From Candidatus Hydrothermarchaeum profundi (GTDB taxonomy: Archaea > Hydrothermarchaeota > Hydrothermarchaeia > Hydrothermarchaeales > Hydrothermarchaeaceae), in assembly GCA_002011125.2 (NCBI GenBank), contig MTMF02000009.1:1288989-1352988 (forward strand): a stretch of 64,000 nt of DNA, read 5' to 3'. The translations under genes were made by a program, and so were the position numbers. Shown piece after piece: positions 46,207 to 55,963 of this stretch. Position 1 is the first letter of the stretch, and every line of letters begins with the position of its first letter. Below the pieces are notes generated by a model. It worked only from the letters and a program-made list of their open reading frames with translations, was not told the origin of the DNA and ran no database searches.

Positions 46207-47282
46207 GGAAATCTAAGAAGGCAGTCCACGGAGGAGATGTCTGGGAGCTTTTTAAAAGTGGAAAGCGAGAGATACTCGACTTCAGTTCAAATGTTAATCC
46301 ACTAGGCCCTCCAAGGGGCGCTATTAAGGCAATAAGGGACTCGCTGTGGGACATTCCTTTCTACCCTGAGAGTGATTCTGATAGGCTGAAGGACGCTATA
46401 GGCGATTATCTAAAAGTGAATAAGGATAACTTAATAATAGGTAATGGGTCAACAGAGATAATCAAAATTTTTTGCGATGTTTTTCTTAGAAAGGGAGTAA
46501 ATGTAATAATAGTCGAGCCTACTTTTTCGGAGTACCAAGTTTATTGCGGATTCAACGGAGCTACTATTAAGAGAGTATATGCAAGAAGTGAGAGCGACTT
46601 TGCATTCCCACACAGAGATCTACTAAAGAATATTGATTCCTCGGTTAGAGCTGTTTTCTTATGCTCGCCTAATAATCCCACCGGAATGCTGGTGGAGACG
46701 GAAACGCTGGAAAATATCATCAAAACATCTGAAAAAAACAACTGTTTAGTATTTCTCGATGAAGCGTATATAGAATTTTCTGACTCAGAAGGATATGTTA
46801 ATATGGCAGTAGAATATGATAATTTGTTGATTCTAAGATCCTTGACGAAATTTTATTCTTTACCAGGATTACGTATAGGTTATGGAGTTGGAAACCAGAA
46901 ACTAATAAAGATTTTAGAGAAAGGGAAGATCCCCTGGAATGTGAATACTCTTGCTCAAGCAGCTGCAATAGCATCAATTAAAGATAACGCTTTCATAAAA
47001 AAGTCAAAGAGTTATATAAGAAAAGAGAGATTATTCATGAGAAGAGAGCTGGAAAAGTTAGGTATTAAGGTCTATGGAGATGAATCAAATTTCCTGTTGC
47101 TAGACTTCCACAAATATGGCCTCAAAGCAAGGGATATAAAATCAAAATTGATAGAAAAAGGTATCCTCATTAGAGACTGCAGCTCTTTTAATGGACTCGA
47201 TGAATATTTTGTTAGAGTGAGCGTAAGAAAGAGGAAAGAGAATATCAAGCTAATCGGAGAGTTAAAAAATCTCATAAGATAA
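46173..47282 (+). CDS. cobD: Threonine-phosphate decarboxylase
   Basis: HGG, LDFSSNVNPLG, GNGSTE, PNNPTG, DEAY, RSLTKFY.LPGLRIGY; last gene of the cbi operon. Confidence 0.88.
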   Translation: MDIENFVSKEIRKSKKAVHGGDVWELFKSGKREILDFSSNVNPLGPPRGAIKAIRDSLWDIPFYPESDSDRLKDAIGDYLKVNKDNLIIGNGSTEIIKIFCDVFLRKGVNVIIVEPTFSEYQVYCGFNGATIKRVYARSESDFAFPHRDLLKNIDSSVRAVFLCSPNNPTGMLVETETLENIIKTSEKNNCLVFLDEAYIEFSDSEGYVNMAVEYDNLLILRSLTKFYSLPGLRIGYGVGNQKLIKILEKGKIPWNVNTLAQAAAIASIKDNAFIKKSKSYIRKERLFMRRELEKLGIKVYGDESNFLLLDFHKYGLKARDIKSKLIEKGILIRDCSSFNGLDEYFVRVSVRKRKENIKLIGELKNLIR

Positions 47283-47399
47283 CCTATTATTAATGCCGTG
47301 TTTATTAAAAATCAAGATATATTCCTTATTTTTCAAAATCAAATTTCCGTAAAACTTTTATAGATGGAAATTTAGGTATAGGGTGGTTGGTGGTTATTA

Positions 47400-47756
47400 G
47401 TGGCGAATGAATACATTTCGGTAGGAGTATTCGCTGTGGTAGGGATAATATTTCCTTTCATCCTGCTAACGCTTTCTCGTCTCCTCAGACCTTCTAAACC
47501 TGAAAAAGAGAAGTATATGACATATGAGTGCAGTATCCCACCTATTGGGGAAGCATGGATACAGCACGATATCCAATATTATATGTTTGCTCTTTTATTC
47601 GCGGTCTTTGATGTAGAAACAGTTTTCCTCTATCCATGGGCCGTGGTATTTCCGAATCTAGGATTGTTAGCAGTAATTGAAATGCTTGTATTCATTATTG
47701 TGCTGGTTGTTGGTTTGGCATATGCTTGGAAGAAGGAGGCTTTGAGGTGGATGTGA
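47400..47756 (+). CDS. nuoA: Complex I-like subunit A (NuoA/FpoA)
   Basis: [28 protein letters not shown]. Confidence 0.93.
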   Translation: MANEYISVGVFAVVGIIFPFILLTLSRLLRPSKPEKEKYMTYECSIPPIGEAWIQHDIQYYMFALLFAVFDVETVFLYPWAVVFPNLGLLAVIEMLVFIIVLVVGLAYAWKKEALRWM

Positions 47757-48211
47757 TTACAACAACAATGGAAAAGGTCATGCTAAATTGGGCAAGGGCA
47801 AAATCCCTGTGGCCCATGACTTTTGGACTTGCATGTTGTGCTATTGAAATGATGGCCGCTGGCACATCTAGATGGGACACTTTTGAAAGATTTGGAATGC
47901 TATTCAGAGCGTCTCCCAGACAGTCTGATCTTATGATTGTAGCTGGCACAGTTACAAAGAAAATGGCTCCTAATGTCAAAAGACTTTATGATCAAATGCC
48001 TGAGCCTAAATACGTGATAGCTATGGGTGAATGTGCTATATCTGGGGGTCCATATTATGACTCTTACTCAGTTGTAGATGGTGTTGATAAAGTAATACCT
48101 GTCGATGTCTATGTTCCGGGATGCCCACCACGACCTGAAATGTTGATTTATGGAATCCTAGAACTAAGAGAAAAAATCAAAAAGGGAGAGATAAAGAGGC
48201 ACAGGAAATGA
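47726..48211 (+). CDS. nuoB: Complex I-like subunit B
   Basis: [26 protein letters not shown]. Confidence 0.95.
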   Translation: MEEGGFEVDVITTTMEKVMLNWARAKSLWPMTFGLACCAIEMMAAGTSRWDTFERFGMLFRASPRQSDLMIVAGTVTKKMAPNVKRLYDQMPEPKYVIAMGECAISGGPYYDSYSVVDGVDKVIPVDVYVPGCPPRPEMLIYGILELREKIKKGEIKRHRK

Positions 48212-48705
48212 GTCCAGATGAAACAAAGGAAGCAGAAGAGAAACCGGAACTTAGAAGTGAAATATTGGAAAAAGTAAGGGAAAAACTGTCGGATTACATA
48301 TTGGATTCAAAAGTTCAGCGAGAAAGAAGGCTGCTAATTAGCGTAGATGGTAAGAATATACTAGAAGTCTGTTCTGCATTGAATGAAATAGGGTTTGATC
48401 ATCTCTCATGTATAGCTACGGTGGAATACGATGATAGATTTGAGGTGGTTTACCATCTATGGTCGTATTCCAATAATAACTTATTAACCGTAAAGGCAAG
48501 ACTACAAAAGGAATCCCCTAGGATAGACTCCGTTACCTCCATTTGGAAAAGTGCTGACTGGCATGAAAGAGAGGCATATGATATGATGGGTATAGTATTT
48601 GAAGGACACCCGGATCTAAGGAGGATTTTAACTCCAGATGATTTTGAGGGTCATCCTCTCAGAAAAGATTTTCAGCTAACTGAAAGGCCCTGGTTTGAGG
48701 AATAA
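48208..48705 (+). CDS. nuoC: Complex I-like subunit C
   Basis: [25 protein letters not shown]...GHPLRKDF. Confidence 0.95.
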   Translation: MSPDETKEAEEKPELRSEILEKVREKLSDYILDSKVQRERRLLISVDGKNILEVCSALNEIGFDHLSCIATVEYDDRFEVVYHLWSYSNNNLLTVKARLQKESPRIDSVTSIWKSADWHEREAYDMMGIVFEGHPDLRRILTPDDFEGHPLRKDFQLTERPWFEE

Positions 48706-48707
48706 AA

Positions 48708-49097
48708 ATGAAAGTCAAAGATGTTATGAAACGTAACGTAGTGAGCGTAGATGTTGATTCCAGCCTCGCTGATGTGAAGAAAAAAATGATTGAAAATAAT
48801 GTCAACTTTGTAGTTGTTAAGGCAGGCGGGGAGATCGTCGGAGTTATTTCAGATACTGATATACTAGCGTATGCCACAAAGGGTAAGAGGCTGGAGGACC
48901 TTAAGGCTGAAAAATATATGACTGCTTGCAAACTTGAAGGTACTAATCCCTGTCTTCAAGTCTTTGAAGACGACCCCTTAGAAGAAGCTGCCACTATAAT
49001 GGCTGCTACTGGAGTGCATCATCTATTAGTGTGGGGTAAGAGCGGTTATCCTGCGGGAGTTATAACTTCTGATGATATTCTTAAGGTGGTAAAGTAA
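48708..49097 (+). CDS. CBS-pair protein inserted in the complex I-like operon
   Basis: MKVKDVM, VGVISDTDI, GVITSDDI; 2 bp after nuoC and 1 bp before nuoD; CX7C insert. Confidence 0.9.
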   Translation: MKVKDVMKRNVVSVDVDSSLADVKKKMIENNVNFVVVKAGGEIVGVISDTDILAYATKGKRLEDLKAEKYMTACKLEGTNPCLQVFEDDPLEEAATIMAATGVHHLLVWGKSGYPAGVITSDDILKVVK

Positions 49098-49098
49098 A

Positions 49099-50226
49099 AT
49101 GGAATCTGCAATTAGGGTGGTTAAAACTGAAAGACCGAATGAAATGATTTTGAATATGGGTCCCCAACATCCCAGTACTCACGGTGTATGCAGGTTGCTT
49201 TTAAAAGTGGATGGAGAAAAGGCGGTAAAAATTGAGCCGGTTATTGGTTATCTTCATCGTGGAGTAGAAAAAATCGCTGAAAACCGTGAATACTTCCAAT
49301 TTATACCTCACACTGATAGAATGGACTATGTAGCTGCATTGCCACATAATCTGGCTTATGCTATGGCGGTTGAAGAGCTGATGGGGATAGAGGTGCCTGA
49401 AAGAGCGGAATACATAAGAGTAATCATGCAAGAACTGCAAAGATTAGCAAGCCACCTACTATTCGTAGCGACGTTTGGGGCGGATTTAGGTGCATGGACA
49501 GTACTGATGTATGGTTTTCGTGAAAGGGAACGGGTACTGGACCTTATTGAAATGGCTTCTGGTGCTAGGCTTACTCCCTCTTATATATGGATTGGTGGTG
49601 TGCGCAGAGATATTTCAAAGGCATTTGTAGAAAGATGCAGGGAGACAATGAAAATCTTGCCGAAATATTTTGAGGATTATGAGAGGTACTTCTATAAGAA
49701 TGAGATTTTTCTCAAGAGATGTGAAGGCGTAGGAATACTTAATGCTAAGGATGCTATAAACCTTGGGGTTACTGGTCCAATTTTAAGAGCCTCTGGCGTA
49801 CCCTATGATATTAGAAGGATTGATCCATATTCTATTTACGACCGCTTTGATTTTGAGATTATAACTGAAAAAGAGGGCGACACTTTAGCGAGATTTAAAG
49901 TTAGAATGAATGAAATGAAGGAAAGCATTAAAATTGTAAATCAGGCGCTTGATGGCTTACCGGAAGGAGAATTTAGAGCAAAAGTCCCAAAGATACTTAA
50001 GCCTCCTGCGGGAGAAGTATATTCGCGGGTTGAAAGCCCGAGAGGAGAATTAGGGTACTATCTAGTTAGTGATGGGGCTAGTAAGGGACCATATAGGCTT
50101 AAAATAAGAAGCCCTGCATTCTGTAACCTCTCAGCGTTTTCCTATTTTGGTGAGGGGGATATTATACCTGATGTTATTGCCAACTTCGCTAGTATAGATA
50201 TAGTTATGGGTGAGGTAGACAGATGA
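49099..50226 (+). CDS. nuoD: Complex I-like subunit D
   Basis: NMGPQHPSTHGV, GYLHRGVEK, ESPRGE, C-terminal GEVDR; no NiFe CxxC motifs. Confidence 0.95.
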   Translation: MESAIRVVKTERPNEMILNMGPQHPSTHGVCRLLLKVDGEKAVKIEPVIGYLHRGVEKIAENREYFQFIPHTDRMDYVAALPHNLAYAMAVEELMGIEVPERAEYIRVIMQELQRLASHLLFVATFGADLGAWTVLMYGFRERERVLDLIEMASGARLTPSYIWIGGVRRDISKAFVERCRETMKILPKYFEDYERYFYKNEIFLKRCEGVGILNAKDAINLGVTGPILRASGVPYDIRRIDPYSIYDRFDFEIITEKEGDTLARFKVRMNEMKESIKIVNQALDGLPEGEFRAKVPKILKPPAGEVYSRVESPRGELGYYLVSDGASKGPYRLKIRSPAFCNLSAFSYFGEGDIIPDVIANFASIDIVMGEVDR

Positions 50227-51242
50227 TTGCCCTACCAGAAATTAATCCAATAATTGTGAATGTGGTTAAAGGCCTTGTAGGGGCACTAGTCATAATTTCC
50301 TTTATATCACTTAATGTCTTGTTCCTGACATGGCTGGAGAGAAAGGTTGTAGCTAGGTTTCAGGTGAGATACGGCCCCAATAGAGCTTGGAAGTTTGGAT
50401 TGCTTCAGCCTTTGGCTGATGCTATGAAGCTTCTTACAAAGGAAGATATAGTGCCGGATAAGGCTGATAAACTGATTCATGGCATCGCGCCGGCTATTGC
50501 GTTTGCAGTAGCGGTTCTGCCTACGGTTGCTTTACCTTTTGCTGCGGGACTAATAGTATCAGATATAAATGTAGGAGTGCTCTTTATAGTTGCTGTCACT
50601 TCTCTTGCTACAATACCCGTCTTAATGGCTGGATGGGCATCAAATAATAAATATACTCTTTTAGGAGGAATGAGGGCTGTCGCTCAGTCTCTTAGCTATG
50701 AGATTCCTATGGTATTGTCTATAATAGGAGTAATAGCACTAGCAGGATCTCTTAGTCTGACGGATATAGTAAATGCTCAGAGAGGTGTCTGGTATTTTAT
50801 ATTACAGCCCCTCGGTTTCATCGTCTTTTTCATAGCTGCAATAGCTGAAATGGCTAGGATACCCTTTGACTTGCCGGAGAGCGAATCAGAGCTTGTTGCA
50901 GGTTTTCATACCGAGTATAGTGGCATGAAATTTGCTCTATTACTTTTCGCTGAGTATATACACATGATCGTAGCATCTCTGCTTATGGTCACTTTATTCT
51001 TTGGGGGATGGCATCTGCCGGTTATCTCTAGCATACTTTCTGGGGTTCCATTTTATATTCGTTGGCCAATAGAGTTTGGCATCTTAATGGGTAAAACTTA
51101 TGCTATAATATTTATCTTGATGTGGATTAGGAGCACTCTGCCTAGGGTCAAGGTAACACAGATACTAGATATTGGATGGAAGAATCTCTTACCCCTCGCT
51201 CTACTTAATATAGCCGTTACGGGAATTGTTTTGGCGGTGTGA
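50223..51242 (+). CDS. nuoH: Complex I-like subunit H
   Basis: ERK..AR.Q.R.GP, QPLADA.KL..KE, PFDLPE.ESELVAG. Confidence 0.95.
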   Translation: MIALPEINPIIVNVVKGLVGALVIISFISLNVLFLTWLERKVVARFQVRYGPNRAWKFGLLQPLADAMKLLTKEDIVPDKADKLIHGIAPAIAFAVAVLPTVALPFAAGLIVSDINVGVLFIVAVTSLATIPVLMAGWASNNKYTLLGGMRAVAQSLSYEIPMVLSIIGVIALAGSLSLTDIVNAQRGVWYFILQPLGFIVFFIAAIAEMARIPFDLPESESELVAGFHTEYSGMKFALLLFAEYIHMIVASLLMVTLFFGGWHLPVISSILSGVPFYIRWPIEFGILMGKTYAIIFILMWIRSTLPRVKVTQILDIGWKNLLPLALLNIAVTGIVLAV

Positions 51243-51249
51243 TGAAAAA

Positions 51250-51666
51250 ATGTTAGGTAAATTATTTAGGATTATGCATACCGCTCCTCATGCGGTAGTT
51301 GGAAAGCATTTTCTAGTTAAGCCTATTACAGTGCAGTATCCTGAGGAGAAACTTACTCTGCCAGAGGGATATAGAGGAATACATGTTTTCGATATTGAAA
51401 GATGTAAGGGTTGCGCTGCATGCGCTAGAGTATGCCCAAATAATTGTATTGAGATAAAGGTTTCAACTACTGAGGATCGGAAAAAAAAGATTGAAAAATA
51501 TGAGATCTTCTTGGGCAGATGCATGTTCTGTGGCTTATGCGAAGAATTCTGTGTGGGGGGGGATGTTATCCGTCTTACAAAAGACTATGAGGTAGCAGGT
51601 TCAACACGAAAAGACTTGGTGTATGATATCAAACGCCTATCCCGACATAAGGAGGAAGAGAAATGA
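51250..51666 (+). CDS. nuoI: Complex I-like subunit I (2x[4Fe-4S])
   Basis: T.QYPEE, CKGCAACARVCP, CMFCGLCEEFC; start refined. Confidence 0.93.
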   Translation: MLGKLFRIMHTAPHAVVGKHFLVKPITVQYPEEKLTLPEGYRGIHVFDIERCKGCAACARVCPNNCIEIKVSTTEDRKKKIEKYEIFLGRCMFCGLCEEFCVGGDVIRLTKDYEVAGSTRKDLVYDIKRLSRHKEEEK

Positions 51667-51920
51667 ATTTAGAATTAGGCGTGTTCTTAGTTATAAGCGC
51701 TATAACCGTAATCTCATCGACGTTAGTATTAACTTCAAAAGAGATATTTAGGAGTGCTCTATCCCTCGCCTTAATGTTGCTTGGCGTTGCCGCAATCTTC
51801 ATAATGCTGGGAGCGGAATTTTTAGCAGCTATTCAAATACTAGTTTATGCTGGCGCTATAGTTATTCTCATATTGTTTGCAATAATGCTTACGCAGAGAG
51901 AGGAAAGGGAGGTATCTTGA
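51663..51920 (+). CDS. Complex I-like subunit J, N-terminal half
   Basis: AEFLAAIQILVYAGAI.IL.LFAIML. Confidence 0.9.
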   Translation: MNLELGVFLVISAITVISSTLVLTSKEIFRSALSLALMLLGVAAIFIMLGAEFLAAIQILVYAGAIVILILFAIMLTQREEREVS

Positions 51921-52162
51921 TGAGAGAGAGGATATCAATTGGTAAGCTAGTTCTATTCATCCTCTTTTATGTGATAATGGCTATCTCTATCCTCCAGGTG
52001 AGATGGTACCAACCTACTGAAATTCCTAGAACGTCGACTGCACTGTTAGGGAAGGTGATATTCAATCTACAAGGTTTTGTCATACCATTTGAAATACTTT
52101 CATTAGTGTTACTTGCAGCAATGATAGGGGCAGTTTATATAGCAAAGGAGGAGGTTAAATGA
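51917..52162 (+). CDS. Complex I-like subunit J, C-terminal half
   Basis: IPFEILSLVLLAAMIGAVYIAK. Confidence 0.9.
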   Translation: MMRERISIGKLVLFILFYVIMAISILQVRWYQPTEIPRTSTALLGKVIFNLQGFVIPFEILSLVLLAAMIGAVYIAKEEVK

Positions 52163-52461
52163 TTCCTTTATCATACTATCTCACTTTGTCGGCTATACTC
52201 TTTAGCATTGGAGTATATGGAGTAATCTCTCGGAGAAACCCTATAAGAATCTTAATGGCAATTGAGATAATGATAAATGCTGCTAATATTAATCTCGCCG
52301 CATTTTCAGCCTATACCCTAGATATTTCTGGGCAGGTGCTAGTGACTTTCTCTATAGCGATAGCTGCTGCTGAGGCCGCGATCGGATTGGCGATATTCCT
52401 CGCCATATATCGTATGTACGGAAATGTTGATATCGAGAAGATAAACTTCATGAGGTGGTGA
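52159..52461 (+). CDS. nuoK: Complex I-like subunit K
   Basis: LMAIEIM.NAAN, AAAEAAIGLA. Confidence 0.93.
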   Translation: MIPLSYYLTLSAILFSIGVYGVISRRNPIRILMAIEIMINAANINLAAFSAYTLDISGQVLVTFSIAIAAAEAAIGLAIFLAIYRMYGNVDIEKINFMRW

Positions 52462-52462
52462 A

Positions 52463-54451
52463 GTGACGTTCGTAGAAAATGCTTATTTAATACCTCTTTT
52501 GCCGATTTCAGGATTCATATTTGAAATGTTCTTAGGAAAGTATAGTTGGAGGAGGGGGGGCATATTTGCAAATCTTCTCATCGCTGGATCTCTAATTATT
52601 TCATTAGGCACTCTCTACGAAGTTTATTTTGCAGGGGTACCTTTCTATGAGCATTCATGGGAATGGTTTTTCCCAGGTATTGTCCTCGGAATAATCGTAG
52701 ACCCTCTCTCCATAGTTATGGTTAGTATGGTGTCTTTTGTGGGGCTATTAATCCACATATTTGCTTTAGGTTACATGGCTGAGGATCCAGATAAGCATGT
52801 CTACTTTGCAGAAACTTCTCTTTTTACTGGGGCGATGCTTGGGTTAGTGCTTTCCAATAACTTCCTTCAACTTTTCATCTTTTGGGAAATGGTAGGACTA
52901 TGTTCTTACCTCTTAATTGGATTTTGGTGGCATAAACCAGAAGCTGCTGCAGCAGCAAAGAAAGCTTGGATGTTTTGCTCTATAGGAGACTTCCTTTTCT
53001 TACTTGGTATAGTGATAACATATAATTTTATGTTTACAGCTCCGGGAGTAACCGAGCCATTGACATTCTCTCAGATATTCACTCACTTGGAGTCAGGAGT
53101 AATACCCGCAGGAGCATTAACACTAATCTGCATATTAATTTTGGCAGGAGTGGCTGGAAAAAGCGCTCAGTTCCCTCTTCATGGATGGATTCCCGATGCT
53201 ATGGAAGGTCCAACAACGGTTTCAGCCCTTATCCATGCTGCAACCATGGTTACTGCGGGGATATATCTAGTGGCAAGGACTTTCCCGATTTTCTTCGCTG
53301 CACCTAATGCCCTTTGGATTGTCGCCCTGCTTGGAGGATTTACAGCTTTGCTGGCTGCTACCATGGGGCTAGTAGTGAACGACTTAAAAAGAGTACTTGC
53401 TTATTCTACTATATCGCAGCTGGGCTATATGCTCTGTATGTTGGGTGTTGGTGCCGCGGTTGGAGCCGTTGCGGTCGGATACTCTATGTTTCATCTGATA
53501 AGTCATGCATTTTTTAAGGCGCTTTTATTCCTCTGTTCAGCATCGATTCTTCATGGACTATGGAATCTCAGGGACATAAAAGAGATGGGAGGACTATTTT
53601 CTCATATGCGTATCGCTGGTATCACAATGTTAGTTGGTTCATTAGCGTTAGCGGGTTTCCCTTTAACATCGGGGTTCTTTAGTAAAGATAAGATAATAGA
53701 GTCAGCATATGAATATGGGGTAACTCATAACAGTGTTATCGCATACTTACCGTGGTTCTTTTTAGTCTTTGGAGTATTACTTACCGCTACATACACATTT
53801 AGAGCATATTTCCTAGTGTTCACCGGAGAGCCACGTAGCCATCTCGCTAAACATCCTCATGAGCCAGGACTATTCTCGTTTATAAATATCCCTCTTGTAA
53901 TCCTAGCGATATTCGCGTTGATATTCGGAGTACTCGCGCAGTCGAGTTTTTACGATTTCCTTGCAAAAACCTTCACTACCGATACACCCTATATGGAAGC
54001 ATTAAACTTTGAGCACTTGGCAGAAATAAGCGGCATACACATGGCGCATGAAAATGCTCATGTTCCTGCGTATATAGTTTGGCTACCTACCGTATTAGCG
54101 TTAGCAGGAATAGGAATAGCGGCTCTATTATATTATAATACCCGCGTGGACGTAGGTAAGTTCATAACAGCTAGGAATCCTCTCTATAGACTTCTTTGGA
54201 ACAAGTACTATCTAGACTATATTTATAAGGATATTATCGCTGAAAAGATCTATATAACGCTAATGACATTCTGGGATGCCTTTGATCTATATGTGATTGA
54301 TGGAGTTGTCAATGGGATTTCATGGGTTACAGTAAAGGTTGGTGGAGTAATAAGAAAGATACAAACGGGGGTAATACAGACTTATGCTACATCTGTTATA
54401 ATAGGGGTTGTTGCTCTAGTGATAGTACTGAAGATTTGGGGGGTGGCGTGA
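52463..54451 (+). CDS. nuoL: Complex I-like subunit L
   Basis: GKSAQFPLH.W.PDAMEGPT.VSALIHAATMV.AG, KRVLAYSTISQLG. Confidence 0.95.
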   Translation: MTFVENAYLIPLLPISGFIFEMFLGKYSWRRGGIFANLLIAGSLIISLGTLYEVYFAGVPFYEHSWEWFFPGIVLGIIVDPLSIVMVSMVSFVGLLIHIFALGYMAEDPDKHVYFAETSLFTGAMLGLVLSNNFLQLFIFWEMVGLCSYLLIGFWWHKPEAAAAAKKAWMFCSIGDFLFLLGIVITYNFMFTAPGVTEPLTFSQIFTHLESGVIPAGALTLICILILAGVAGKSAQFPLHGWIPDAMEGPTTVSALIHAATMVTAGIYLVARTFPIFFAAPNALWIVALLGGFTALLAATMGLVVNDLKRVLAYSTISQLGYMLCMLGVGAAVGAVAVGYSMFHLISHAFFKALLFLCSASILHGLWNLRDIKEMGGLFSHMRIAGITMLVGSLALAGFPLTSGFFSKDKIIESAYEYGVTHNSVIAYLPWFFLVFGVLLTATYTFRAYFLVFTGEPRSHLAKHPHEPGLFSFINIPLVILAIFALIFGVLAQSSFYDFLAKTFTTDTPYMEALNFEHLAEISGIHMAHENAHVPAYIVWLPTVLALAGIGIAALLYYNTRVDVGKFITARNPLYRLLWNKYYLDYIYKDIIAEKIYITLMTFWDAFDLYVIDGVVNGISWVTVKVGGVIRKIQTGVIQTYATSVIIGVVALVIVLKIWGVA

Positions 54452-55963
54452 ATGTACATTTCGTCCATTCTCCTAGTTCTTTTTATAGGCTCGGTAATCG
54501 CATTTTTAACTAGGACTAGAGAGCAGGCGAGAGTTGTAGCTGTTGTGTCTTCTTGGTTAGCTCTTTTGATATCCATTATGATGTTTATTCAGTATGATCC
54601 TAATAAAGGGCTAAGTAACTTCGAGGAACTTTACTCTTGGATCCCCTCAATAGGAATAAGCTATCATGTGGGTGTTGATGGAGTCGGTATGCCAATGGTA
54701 TTATTGAGCACTCTCATTTCTGCCTTCTGTGCTATATATTCTTGGGGAGAAAATAGAAGGCCTAATCAATTCTTTGCTCTCTTACTTCTCATGGACCTAG
54801 CTTTGGTCGGGGTATTTGTATCTCTTGACTTTTTCCTGTTCTTCATTTTCTGGGAGTTGACTCTAATACCGATGTTCTTTTTGATCGGTATTTGGGGAGG
54901 GCCTAGGAAAGACTATTCTGCTATTAAGTTCATAATTTACACACATGTTGGAAGCGTGGTAATGCTTCTAGGTATATTTGCAATGTATACTTTCCATGGC
55001 ATGGCTACTGGAAACTATACTTTTGATATTCCCACTCTTCTAAATGCCTATGGTACAATTCCTCTCTCACCATTTTGGAGAGAATTCATTTTTGCTGCGT
55101 TGCTATTAGGTTTCTTGATAAAAATGCCAGCAGTACCCTTTCACACATGGCTTCCTGATGCTCACGTTGAGGCTCCGACGGTTGGATCTATAATCTTAGC
55201 AGGGGTTTTGTTGAAAATGGGAGGCTATGGCTTATTTAGATTTTTAGTGCCTATGATTCCGTACGCTTCATCTAAGTTCATACTAGTGATCGCAATTCTC
55301 GGACTAATTAGCATACTTTATAGCCCAATAGCTGCGATAGCCCAACCAGATATCAAAAAACTTATCGCTTTTTCAAGTATTGGGCATATGGGCTTTATAT
55401 CGGTTGGTGTAGCAGCTAGTCTCGCATCAGGCCATGAAATCTCTAGGATATTCGCCTCTACAGGTGCTATGTTCCAGCTATTTGCTCATGGAATAATCAC
55501 CGCTGTTCTTTTCGGGTCGGCAGGCGCTATTGAACATCATACTGGTACGAGGATCATCATGGACTTGGGGGGCCTTGCCAAAAAAATGCCTAAATTCACA
55601 TTTTTAATGGTTGCAGGATTCTTCGCTTCTATGGGATTTCCGGGGATGGTTGGGTTTATTGCTGAGTTCTCTATACTTGCAGGATCTTATCCTCAGCTAC
55701 CATGGGTTGTGATTCTCGCGGTTATCAGTATACCTCTTACTGCGGCTTATCACTTGTGGGCTCTCCAGAGGGCTATGTTTGGACCCTATAACGAGTATCT
55801 CGGAGATGTTCATGAAATTACGTGGTATGAGCTATTAGCTTTAGGCAGTTGGGTTATTTTGATTATTCTACTTGGGGTCTATCCTATGCCTTTATTTGAT
55901 ATGATGAAGGCAACAACGGTAGACTTACTCTCAAACTTACCAGCGGGAGGTATAGTCCCATGA
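54452..55963 (+). CDS. nuoM: Complex I-like subunit M
   Basis: PFHTWLPDAHVEAPT.GS..LAGVLLKMGGYG. Confidence 0.95.
   Translation: MYISSILLVLFIGSVIAFLTRTREQARVVAVVSSWLALLISIMMFIQYDPNKGLSNFEELYSWIPSIGISYHVGVDGVGMPMVLLSTLISAFCAIYSWGENRRPNQFFALLLLMDLALVGVFVSLDFFLFFIFWELTLIPMFFLIGIWGGPRKDYSAIKFIIYTHVGSVVMLLGIFAMYTFHGMATGNYTFDIPTLLNAYGTIPLSPFWREFIFAALLLGFLIKMPAVPFHTWLPDAHVEAPTVGSIILAGVLLKMGGYGLFRFLVPMIPYASSKFILVIAILGLISILYSPIAAIAQPDIKKLIAFSSIGHMGFISVGVAASLASGHEISRIFASTGAMFQLFAHGIITAVLFGSAGAIEHHTGTRIIMDLGGLAKKMPKFTFLMVAGFFASMGFPGMVGFIAEFSILAGSYPQLPWVVILAVISIPLTAAYHLWALQRAMFGPYNEYLGDVHEITWYELLALGSWVILIILLGVYPMPLFDMMKATTVDLLSNLPAGGIVP

Noticed and set aside
46173-47282. hisC assignment for the PLP enzyme
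   Set aside because: The HGG/DFSSNVNPLG N-terminus and the position in the cbi operon favour CobD
49099-50226. Group 4 [NiFe]-hydrogenase large subunit
   Set aside because: Both CxxC nickel-binding motifs are absent; the C-terminus is GEVDR as in NuoD/FpoD
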